DNA of 61,525 nucleotides, counting the filler, from Sphacelaria rigidula (lineage: Eukaryota): the NCBI GenBank assembly GCA_964200075.2. It is 8 parts of 8 records of this genome, joined end to end, with 100 filler letters (N's around TTAATTAATTAA, not from the genome) between each part and the next. Parts side by side here need not be neighbours in the genome. Positions count along the whole stretch, not along the records: positions 46,220 to 53,822 come from CAXNAA020014141.1; positions 53,923 to 61,525 come from CAXNAA020014142.1; 6 more parts are not named here. One strand, 5' to 3'. The first letter of the stretch is position 1. Every line of letters begins with the position of its first letter. Under the pieces are notes generated by a model. That model made no database searches, was not told where the DNA came from, and was given only the letters and a program-made list of their open reading frames with translations. Positions 51,205-61,525 of this stretch are shown one piece after another. The position numbers and the translations under genes were made by a program.

Positions 51205-52432
51205 GTGATTGTTTTCATGGATGCTACACGCACGCCTTTTTTGCTGTCTTTTCCTTGGTTCGGAAGATCATCCGTTTGGTCGGGAGATGAAACAGCTCAT
51301 GTGATTGTTCCATGTTATCACCGTCTCATGCTACTCTGACTCACCTGCGGCGATTGTTGGCACTCGCGGGTATCCGAGGCCATCGTTGTGCATAATGGTC
51401 CAAGACGTATCCCCTTCACTACAAAAGAGTTGTTCGCGCAGGCGTTTATGAATTCGGAATATAGAGGATGCAAGCACAATCACATATTCCCTCGTTCGCA
51501 TCAAAAGAACGGTCGTCAGTACAGTTCACTACTCTAGGGAGCGCCATTGCAGTTGCTAGAAATACACGAGGCAGCAGACCGCGTATCCAGCACGAGAGCG
51601 GTCTCTTCGTCTACCACTGGCAACGCGTAGATCTTACACGATAATCAAATCTTGCATTATCATCAAAGGTAAGCGTCCTTCGCATAGGGTGGACCGACTT
51701 CCAGCATACCCGGAGCAGCACCAAAAGATCAAGTGGTAGTAAGGCTCTGAGGCCCGTCACCCCAGGTAGACAGTGGGGAGGCAGCACCCGACAACAGTGG
51801 AGGAGCAGCGCTTGACAACCATGGCAGCAAAACGGTCGGAGTAGCCAAGGGTGCAGCCTGCGTCTTGGGTACAGACGGCAGGGGCCTGGTGGGCCCCGCG
51901 CAGCCGCTCAGTATTGCGCGCCAAATACTAATGGCCACGGTTCCGTCGCAGACGACAGACCGCGATCTCCGTGATGACCGAAGCGGAGTTCCAGCAAAGT
52001 ATCTTGGAAGCGTTTTGTGACTTCTGAAAAAACTTGCAAACGATGAAGACGTCCTTTCCCACTACAACCTTTTCCGCAAGAAGCCTCCTCTTCCCTCGTA
52101 CCGACAACCATATTCTGGCGAACAGTCATTACCTACAGTATGCGGGAGTCGTAGGCGCGCTCAACAATTTAATAGTGTCACTGCGGGCGGCGGCAGTGCA
52201 TGCAGACATTGACTGTTTGCCGAGGATGCACGGGGTCGATGCTTCTTCCTACCGAGGAGCGGTTTCGACGTCTCCGAGCATCTGACCCTCGTTCACCAGA
52301 AACTGATCCAGAATTGGTTGCTGATGTGGTGCCAGCCTCAGCCCATTAGGTGCAGCAACTCACCAACTTCCGCACCGAGGGTTATTCCAATTCAGTAGAC
52401 CGAGCTGCACTTCAAGATCGTCGTCTCTGCAC

Positions 52433-53350
52433 GTGTCGCCGCCTGGGAGTTTCTTATGCGTCATGACGCCGCCTGTACAAAGGACACACGTAGGCCCCCT
52501 GGGCGGAAGTCAGACCCGCCGTCGCCAGAGTGAGCTAGCTCAGTGCTACTACATGACCCTGCATCCACACCACGAGAAGGACTCCGAGGTGTTGCTGGTT
52601 GCCATGAACGCAATGGTCGAAGATTTCTTTCACAATCTGGCCTTGAAAACCGTAGTGTTCCGGGAACACCACCTGCTAGCCGTCACCCCCGCAAAAAAGC
52701 GGGGAACCGGCGATGGCAAATCCTTTCAAAAATTTGAAAGCTCGTTATCAAGGACGAGATTCACTGCTGTGTGAATCGATCGGCGAAGTGACAACCATCG
52801 GATTTCCAGTCCGCCAGGACGCGGAAGACGGCGGCAGGCGGCGCGGCAAACCCCGCCCCAGATTTCGAACGCGACAGCATGGACAGCGATGTCGTTCGCG
52901 GAACAGAAAAGCACGGTGGGCAGCCGCCGATGGCGCCTGGCTGCACATCGAGCAATAAACCACGCAACAGGATCAACTGTATTTTCGCGCGCACACCTGT
53001 CTCTACCCGCGCGGGTGGACAAGCAGCGGCCCCGGTATAAGCCTAAGCACCTCCACACGCACCGCCGCCGCGGCAGTAGTGCCACCAGTAGCAGCAGCGC
53101 CAACGAGCGGCCGATGCGCCCCCCGGTGAACAAACATTGGCCACGCCTTATTCTCATAGCTATGGAGACCGGGAGTGCAGAAGGGGAGGAGGTGCTGGCG
53201 GCGGGAGAGGCCAGGGTCGCGCTTGATGGCGGGGGCTCTGCCTCCCGGCAGAGCCGATGCCAGCATGAGATGCCTCTGGCGACGCAAGCATCTTGTTCGC
53301 GGATGCTTCTACGTCCGTTGATCGCGGTGCATCTTCACCTGGGTCGGTTT
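52433..53350 (+). mobile_element. Possible highly degraded Copia gag-protease remnant
   Basis: RRQSELAQCYYMTL...SEVLLVAMNAMVED...EHHLLAV resembles a Copia gag helix pattern. Downstream VDRGASS resembles the D(S)GAS protease motif. Many stops. Confidence 0.35.
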
Positions 53351-54125
53351 CGGTGAACCTCTTCAAGGGCGAGAGTGATCGAAAATGAAATTCAGCAGAC
53401 AGTAACGTTTCCCAGCGGTGCAGTTAGCTTGTGCGAATTACACCAGCGAAATATTACATTTTCTTCCACCAGTTAGGAGTCCATCTTTGTCCGTTCAGTC
53501 GGATCAGGGGGTCTATCACGCCCTTCCGCCGTAGGTTCTGTCTGCCAGTTTGGGGGAAACAATTTTACTACAGTCAGTTCACTCTGTGATTGTGGCAATT
53601 TGCTTTCCACGTTTCCCCTCTAACACGTCCCGTACCTCCTTGTATAGTTCGCATTTTCACACTATATTTGTTGTTCTTTCTAGTGCTTTGCCACAGGGGC
53701 AATTCCGTGCATGCATTTCCTCTTCCACGTTACTACTGGTGGCGGGGGGGGGGGGGGCGGTCCCTCTGTTTTTTGGAGGTTGGAGGCGCGCAGGCGTAAA
53801 GCCCAGTCCGGGGTAACGGTGGNNNNNNNNNNNNNNNNNNNNNNNNNNNNNNNNNNNNNNNNNNNNTTAATTAATTAANNNNNNNNNNNNNNNNNNNNNN
53901 NNNNNNNNNNNNNNNNNNNNNNATTGGTGGTATGCTCCTTGCACTCTGTGACCACGGGTTCGAGAGATCGAGCTAATGTGATGGATATAATAATATTAGT
54001 TGTCTAAATAGTTGCAACTATCTAGTTTGACCGGCACATTATCAGCAAGTAAATCTCGAGTGTCACGGATAGTTGTACAAGGTGTGCAAAATTCCTAGAA
54101 AAAAATACGAGGTGGTAAGAGTTTC

Positions 54126-54357
54126 AAGGGTATACACGTCGCACTCGTTACGTGTCACGTTGTGTCACGCTTCACGTTAAAGTCAAGAGAGGCTGGTACT
54201 GCGGTGGGGGGCGGGGGCTACGTCGGGAGCCCTGTTTAACAGTTAACTCAACTCAGAGCTTCCCACGTCGTCCCTCTCCGTGGTACTAGTTTGACTCAAC
54301 TTTTGACGACTTGTGACGTGAAACGTGAACGTAACGAGTGTAACGTTAAAATCCTTG
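54126..54357. mobile_element. MITE related to the 25505 family (CAAGG...CCTTG ends, ACGT-rich subterminal inverted repeats)
   Basis: CAAGGGTATACACGTCGCACTCGTTACGT versus ACGTAACGAGTGTAACGTTAAAATCCTTG. No clean TSD. Confidence 0.55.
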
Positions 54358-54994
54358 GAAACTTTCACGAGATAAGCCCTCCTGGCTTGTACTTTTCTCT
54401 CGTATTTTTTTTCGAGACGCGGCGAGACTAGCTACTCTCGCCAGCAATGTTTACACACCAGACCAGACTTTTGCTTCTGCATCCCGGCGCACGCGAGATG
54501 CTGTCAGGGGTTTGTGATCTGTTGCAAAATCGACCGTGCTCTCGGAAACTTGAAGCACGGACAATACTCAGGGCAGACAGTACAGTACTCTGTTCTTCAT
54601 GCAGTGAGTCGTAGGTATCAGTTTGCACACGACAGTAGTACACAGCGGCTGTGGTAAAAACGATTCGGACAACGTAAGAGATGCAACAACGTGCAATACG
54701 GACAGCACTAGGCAGCACTGTACGGTTTACACTGCCGTATTCAACAGTAGGATGCAGATGCCACATTGCACCCAACGGCTGCTGAAAATGATCCGTATCA
54801 TGTGCAGTGCAGAGAGTACAAGAGTTGTACTGTCGCATTTAACAGTAGGATGAGACTCAGTTTGTCAGTAGTGTACAACGGATGCACAAAATATGACGTG
54901 TGCAACGTGCAGTGCAGAGAGTACTGAGCAACACAGTACTGCCTGTACTGTCGCATACAGCAATATGGGATGTAGATGTCAGTTTGCTGACAGT

Positions 54995-55990
54995 AGTACG
55001 AGCTGGGCCAGCCTAGAAACGGGTTCAAGCTCACAAAGCAATATCTCATCGACACAGGCGAGTTGGGCCGCGATCTGCATATCATATTGATCGTCCAATC
55101 AAGCGAAAAGTGCACATCTGCTCGAGAGCCTGAGACAATATTTTCTCGTTGATTAAACTCTCATGGTACGGCGATAGCGTCCATACCGAAATCTGTATGA
55201 GACCCCGAACGATACATTCAGCGGATGCTGACGATCTCTGGTGTGGATGTTTGTTGCAACACGGAGCGACGATAAGTACCATCACCTTCACTTAATTCGT
55301 TTTTCATCTTGGGATATGGCGCATATAAGGCCCTATACAAAATCGATATATTACGGGCACAGGCACTAGATGAACTAAATCTGGATATCGCGTCGCAGTT
55401 CTTGAGAATTGTGCTATGAAATTTCGTACGGAAAATGTTCGTGCATGATGAGATGAAAAAGAAAACGGCTTTGATTATTTTTTCGTTTTTCATTATTTTT
55501 CTTGTTTTTTCGGGGGTAGTATTAAAGAGAAATGAACACTGCGCTTGAGCTTTATCTCAATTTTTCAGCTCAATTTTTAGAATTGTGCTTTGAAACTTGG
55601 CATGAAGAACAACAGAGGTGCGCTGAATAAAAAAAACGGGCCTTCCACTCTTCCTTGGGAGAGGTTCGGGCGCTCTCGTAAAAAAATGGCCATCACTACA
55701 ATAAAACGCCCTAAACCAAGAACCTGACCCACTTTTTTGGTTCGTCACGGCCTAGCGAGGCTCCACACAAAATTTCCATACACAATCACCAAACGTGGGT
55801 CGGTGAGTGGCCTGCAAGATACTGTTCCGAATTTCCACCGACCCGTTTTTGAGATGGCCCATTCGCCCGCCACTATTCAGAGTTGGATCCTGAAATGTGG
55901 TATGGACAATGAATAGGGGATGATTGAAAAACATTGCGCGTGGACCCAAGTACTTTTTTATGGGTTCAAGGCAAAAATCTGTTTTCAGGG
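54995..55990. repeat. Dispersed repeat family D
   Basis: GAGCTGGGCCAGCCTAGAAACG..., CTGGATATCGCGT and GGCCTGCAAGATACTGTTCCGAATTTC are shared with 44050-45450. Confidence 0.7.
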
Positions 55991-56010
55991 ATCAGTAAAA
56001 TGCAGTTTTT

Positions 56011-56492
56011 AGGCCGCTCCCTATATCAGATAAAAATAAAAATCTGGAAACGTACCTTTTCGGAGCTTTTACGTCGTTTCACGACCCAAAAGAGAGCTAG
56101 GCGGAGTTTGACACCTTGGAACGACTTGCCCTGCTAGTTGAGGTGGTTCAAGGACATCATCCCGTCTTCCGGTGGCAGCAGTTTTCATTTTGGCCAAACA
56201 ATATTTTTTGTCCAAGAACGGCAAAAGCTCAGTCAAGTCCAGAGAAAAGTGACGATTTTTTTAAATATTCGACTGTTTTGAACCGTTCTTGTACGAATAT
56301 TCTTGTTTGGCCAAAATGAATTTGCGGCCACCAGGAGACGGGATGATGCCCTTGAACCGCCTCAACTAGTAGAGCAAGTCGATCCAAGGTGTCAAACTCC
56401 GCCTAGCTCTCTCTTGGGGCGTAAAACGACGTGAAAGCTCCAAAAAGGCACGTCTCCAGATATTTATCATTTTCTGTTATAAGGAGCGGCCT
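56011..56492. mobile_element. Fold-back element: ~225-nt inverted arms around a ~35-nt loop
   Basis: AGGCCGCTCC...GAGCTAGGCGGAGTTTGACACCTTGGA...TTTTGGCCAAACAA mirrored by TTGTTTGGCCAAAA...TCCAAGGTGTCAAACTCCGCCTAGCTC...GGAGCGGCCT. Confidence 0.85.
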
Positions 56493-56564
56493 GAATCATG
56501 GATAAAAAAAAAACTAGGGGTCCACCCTTCTCTTTTTTATGCCCTATTCATTGTCCATACAGCC

Positions 56565-56918
56565 GGTCGCCCCGGTGGCTCAGTTGATAACCTCGAAACC
56601 TTCTGACGGTTGTGTCATGGGTTCAAATCTCGGAGCGATCTGGGATTTTTCTCCCACCATGCCCAGCAGTGGAGAGCGACTGTGTTGTTGTTACACAAAA
56701 TTTGTCGAAACGGTCGACGAGGGAAAGGGACTGCTGAACCGCTCTCACGATAAAAAATAAAGGCAAGCACCGCAGAAGGAAGGTAGGGCACTAAAAAAGC
56801 AAGCAGAAAAGACAGCTCCTACGTTGACCTTTCTCCTGTGTGACCCCGACTGGTGCGCCCAAATATATCGAAAGGTGTAGACCGGCGTCCAGAAGACATG
56901 GGACGACAACATGCACAC
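56565..56918 (+). mobile_element. tRNA-derived SINE (family C), full-length-like copy
   Basis: Head with A box TGGCTCAGTTG (~56576) and B box GGTTCAAATC (~56620). Body shared with 1-291, 6200-6446 and 57581-57692 (minus strand). Confidence 0.8.
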
Positions 56919-57580
56919 TAAATTTTAGGGTTCAACTTCAAGTATTGTTCGGCGAATAAGCCTGCAAACTACAAATCTACCTCTAGGCTGGCCCAGCTCG
57001 TATACAAAGGCTGGACTAAAAATGATGTGGAGAAGGGCAGTATAGACGGTACGAGACAGAACAGTACTGTCTGTACTGCCGCATACGGCCGTGTACGATG
57101 AAGATGTCAGTTTGCACACATTACGAGCTGGGCCAGCAGCGATCGGGGGCGGTCTATGTTGCACATTTTCTTACACCGACACAGGAAGCTTGCACGGTTA
57201 GGACAAATCACGATTGATACGAGTTGACTCCCCCATGACACGAGAGGGTTCAACCATATGCCGGCTGTTGGTCCTGCATTAACCTGACGGTGGATAACAT
57301 ATGCAGTGCAGTCACCTCAACCGCATTACAGATGGGAGAAAAGTACGCCTGATTCAAGGCCCATGAAATGAGAGGATTCAATCCTGTGCCGACTCTTCGT
57401 CTTCGCACGACTCACACATGCTATACATGTACATGCCATTCAAGCCTCATGAAATAACGAGAGGGCTACTGTACAACCGATGGATTTTCACATTCTGAAC
57501 GGGGGATTAATATGTGCCAAGGATTCACCCCATATGGGCGGGAGGTAGGAAACAGGTATCTTTCACGGTGTGATGCACCA

Positions 57581-57692
57581 ATGTGTTTGTGTGTGTTGTG
57601 TGTTGTCCCATCTATTCTGGACGCCGGTCTACACCTTTCGGTGTATATGGGCGCACGAGCCGGTGTCACACAGGAGGAGGGTCGACACAGGA
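57581..57692 (-). mobile_element. SINE family C, 3' fragment
   Basis: Reverse complement of CCTCCTGTGTGACACCGG...AAAGGTGTAGACCGGCGTCCAGAATAG with a CA-rich tail. Confidence 0.7.
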
Positions 57693-60600
57693 GTTTATAT
57701 TTCTTCAGTACCCACCAGTCACGACCTCAAAACCAGTATATATTACAGATGTAGGATTGGTATGATTTATTCATCAAAATGATGGATATGACGTGAATCA
57801 CGATTTTATTCGTCCTAACCGTGGAAGCTTGTCATGGCGGAGTTTTCAAGTCTTTGTACGCCGCCTTGGCGTGTGGACTCTGTTTAATTACTTCTCGAAC
57901 CTCCCTGCTCTTATGGTACTCCTTCCCTCTAAAATATATCTAGAATCGTGAGAAAATGTCAACATTTCTGATTGAATTCTTCCAGCGGTATTTTTTCCTC
58001 GAAATATTTTGCAAAATACGAGGAGAAATAAAAAAAACACGTGAGAAAATGTCTCACGAAAGGTCAGAACACGACAATTTTATCGCATCTTGGCGGCAAG
58101 CGGTAACGCTTTTCGGAGCGAATATGGGAGAGCTCCTGTCTCCAAGAGTGCCTAGAGTGTTTTCACTCGTCCCACGTGCTCTCACGGACCTCAGCCGTGG
58201 GTAACGTTCACAACCCAACTTATCGCATGCATGATGTTCCTCCTCATCATGCTCGTAGTTTGTGCGCGTCTGCAGGTAATTCCTGACGCGGTGGCTCTCT
58301 TCGTAACATATTGCAATTACCCTCTGTGAACTCAGAGACGCTTTGTTCTGAGAGGAAAAAGGCACGAGGTGGATAGGGGAGTCCTAGGAATCCGCGATAT
58401 TGCGAAAAAAAGAATCAAAACGGCACAGTCGTAAACCCCGATTGTGTTGAAGAAGCGCAACACACACTCACACTGTTGCGCCATTTTGCACCAGCATGAT
58501 ACGTCTGTTTTCAAGGAACGATGCTACCGATACCATTACAATCGTGAGGAGTCAACTGGCCATCTACCGAGCCCTGGCCGCCACGCCGTCACGACTCCGC
58601 GTGCGAATCTCCCAACCTCTGCCGTGTTGCCGAGGAGAGCAGATATGCCTTGAGCACGTGTCCCTACATGGGAAATGCGGCGCAACCGCCCCTGATGTAT
58701 CTTTTCGCGCTCGACTAGTGCCTTTTGCCACATGTTGTTTGCAACTTTGCGTGTAGATTGCTTGACATCGGCTCAGAGAGCCACCGTGAAACTTAGACCA
58801 TTAGTCGTGCACATACAGACGACATGTGCACCAGGCCCCGAGACGTTCGGTTGTTGGGAAGCTCGAACGACGCGAACGACAATTTCAGATCAAACCGTGG
58901 ATACCCGGTCAAAACGCCTGTTCCGCTGCCCAGGAATGCGTGCACCGTGAGTAAACGCATTGTTTGAAGCAACTCGTCCACTTACTTCGACATCATAAAC
59001 ACCCCGGACGCTGCTGCGCTGGGAAACGAACGTGCGTTTGTACTGAGACATTCGCTGGATGATGACAATCTGTGCGCAACGCCTGGGCGTATTGCCTGTA
59101 GAGGTGCTCAGCGCTCGAGACACGGCAGCAGGTGCGCTGTAGGCGCTGCAAGGCGTCGAAACCTCGCCCATATAACATGACAAGCACAGACAACAAGCCC
59201 ATCTCGCCGGATCTGGGGTGGGGCGTTGCAGCAGTGGGTACCGAGATGGAAGCGGTCAGATTTTGTTTCGGGGAAACGTATTTCGCTTCTTCTTCTGGCG
59301 CAGGAGCGATCATAGGAAGCATGCGCATGTCTGCAGCCAGTATTATTCCTTTTCGATGTTGTGGAGGCATTGATGTCCGAGAAGATGTACATTCCGTTAG
59401 TAAGAGTCATGTCCCGCAATTTCAATTGCCTTACGCCAAGAGGGGAGGTCATCACGGGAATAAGGGTCAGCACTACCAGCATCAAGGGCTCGCTTCACGG
59501 GCAGTGTGCGGAGATGGAAAAGCGTCATCATGCACGAGGCCCATCACAGCACACATCGCATTTGATTACCACTGAAAATAGGTCGCGTCCCGGTTTTACA
59601 CGGCGAACTTGTGCATGGTCCTCTACATGCCGGCTCTAACCCGCGCGCACGGATCTCTAATCATACTTGTATACAGTATATAGTTATGATACTGCGTGCT
59701 GTCCATGTGTACGTGGTATATTACCCCTCGTTCCGCCACATCTTATACAGCGGTCAGCGTTGGGGCAAAGGGTGCATTTGCCTCAGGTGGCGCACGCAGG
59801 AGTAAAAGGCCGCCTCCGCCGCTATGGTGCCTGCCTATATCTTGGACGGAGTGGTATGACGACACAGCCGCTATGGTGAGCAAGCCGGCTGTAATATTTC
59901 ACACCGTGGAGGTTTCTACACTGTCTCGAAGTGTACTGCGCGCAGTTCCCACTGTTGCGCACGTCGCAGTAGGCAATAGGGTCCATACTGTGCACAGTAC
60001 ACTCTTTGAAATTGTAAACTGGCTGTAGACAGCTCTTGTCCAGGATGTAGCACATTTCCACATATGTTCGGCGGTGCGATCGTGGAATAATCCACAACAC
60101 ATGGTCGAAGTGAAAGTGGGGAAATCATCGGAATTTTCACGTGCAAACACTTTGCGGCGTGCTCAAACTGGATACCGCTAGGAGGACACCACTACAACGA
60201 CCACTCCTGCGCCACTGGCTATTGGATTGTGTGCGCGGTCGTCCCGGTAGAGGTGGGGCTGTCTGCACCGGGATGTCGCCCCCCATGCTAGGTACACCGG
60301 CAAGGGACCGTCGCGGCGTGCGTGTCCGACGGACATCGTACCCACTATAATCGTCATCAGACAGCAAGATGTTGAAAACGTGAAATGCGACGCGTCGACG
60401 GTATCCACAGTTTCAAAACAAACCGACCCCTCAAGGACTTTCGCTGCTTCTGTGAGACGCCCCTGTGGTACCGGTTTGCACATCTTCCAAGCTTTGGTGT
60501 CATCTCAAGCAAGGTGCGGATTCTGTTCACGCCTGAGCTTCCGAAACACCGCCTCCATAATATCGAAAGGGGATAACACTGGCAGCAGGTTATCCCTGAC

Positions 60601-61101
60601 GCGGCGGCTCTTTTCAGAACATAATTGTGGAATGCACAATACACTACTGAACCCGTGCTCGTAGACGCCGAGCGTTTGATTCAAAGTGTTGCTGCTCTTA
60701 CAAACTGCTTCACCACCCTGAACTCAGGTGCGAGAATGAACACGGATGGAATATCACGAATACAAGAAATAACGAAACGTTGCCGTGATTCGACGCTGCG
60801 ATAGAGCAACAGTGGCCGTTCTTCTGAATATATCCTGTATGCTGGACTGGGCTGCACGTACCGCGCCATCTTGTTGGCAGCACAATACTGTACAAGGTAC
60901 AGTAAACGGGAAAGGAGTAGAAGGACTGCCGAGCACATATTTTCATACAATACAAAACATAGCACAGCACCCTAGATGGGAGTGAACTCACATGTTGTTG
61001 ATCGCTGCTACATGACGACGTGTCCCACCCCTGGGGCATGTTGTATGCCGGGCGTTTCGGGACAGCTCATGTGCGGTGTAACTGCTCACGTTTCATCTTT
61101 T

Positions 61102-61525
61102 TCCCGATCCAACTGAATATTACAAGGTTGTGTTCTGTAAGGTACGGGTACGTTCTGTAGGGTATGACATCCGTACAGAGTTTACAGAACTGTCGGGTAC
61201 CGGTTTGGAAGTCTCACAGAGTTTACAGAACTGTCGGGTACCGGTATGAAAGTCTTACAGAGTTTACAGAACTTGTCGGGTACGGTACGGGAGGCTGACA
61301 GAGAACCGGGACCGGCAATCGGTTAACTCTTTTCGGGTATACCCTCCCCTCGGGTTCGGGTAAATGTCATGTACAGAACTTACAGAACTATCGGGTAAGG
61401 GAATGAAAGTGATACAGACTTTACATAACGTGTCGGGTACGGTACGGGAGGCTTACAGAGAACCGGGACCGGCAATCGGGTAACTCTTTTCGGGTATAAC
61501 CGCCCTCCGGGTTCGGGTAAATAAC
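61102..61525. repeat. Nested tandem array (~40-nt and ~160-nt periods), likely the subterminal array of a CAAGG-ended element; runs off the contig
   Basis: CAGAGTTTACAGAACTGTCGGGTAC recurs 3 times plus degenerate copies. GGTACGGTACGGGAGGCT...CGGGTTCGGGTAAAT occurs twice. Confidence 0.8.

Noticed and set aside
52500..52690. Minus-strand VVFPEHYGFQGQIVKEIFDH as a Gypsy integrase zinc-binding region
   Set aside because: No following CxxC or DDE core. The plus-strand gag-like reading fits slightly better, and both are weak.
56565..56640. Functional tRNA gene
   Set aside because: D and anticodon arms are degenerate and it continues into a multi-copy body, so it is a SINE head.
61175..61525. Repeat-plus-spacer pattern as a CRISPR array
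   Set aside because: The intervening segments resemble each other and form higher-order duplications, so this is a tandem array.

Overview
Eukaryotic, intron-rich and repeat-rich DNA, most consistent with a brown alga or other stramenopile (inferred from gene sequences, intron style and repeat content). The window is not one locus. It is eight contigs of 7,603-7,604 nt joined by seven identical 100-nt N44-TTAATTAATTAA-N44 spacers, so adjacency across spacers is meaningless. Genes rebuilt by hand from GT-AG splice sites with matching phases: a partial TVP15/COPI-associated Golgi membrane protein, an apparently complete START-domain protein with a hydrophobic C-terminus, the last exon of DDB1, the last two exons of a ZGPAT-like protein (CCCH-Tudor-G-patch), the last three exons of BRR2/SNRNP200, a putative PQ-loop-like exon and one orphan exon. 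There is one good tRNA-Pro(UGG). The rest is Copia remnants, a tRNA-headed (CA)n-tailed SINE, MITEs with 8-bp target-site duplications (TSDs), a fold-back element and minisatellites. The most unusual signal is two short repeat families that share a ~75-nt 3' end followed by poly(C) rather than poly(A). One family reads like a LINE ORF2 C-terminus, and copies pile up in C-tracts. I see no CRISPR array or prokaryote-type novel system.
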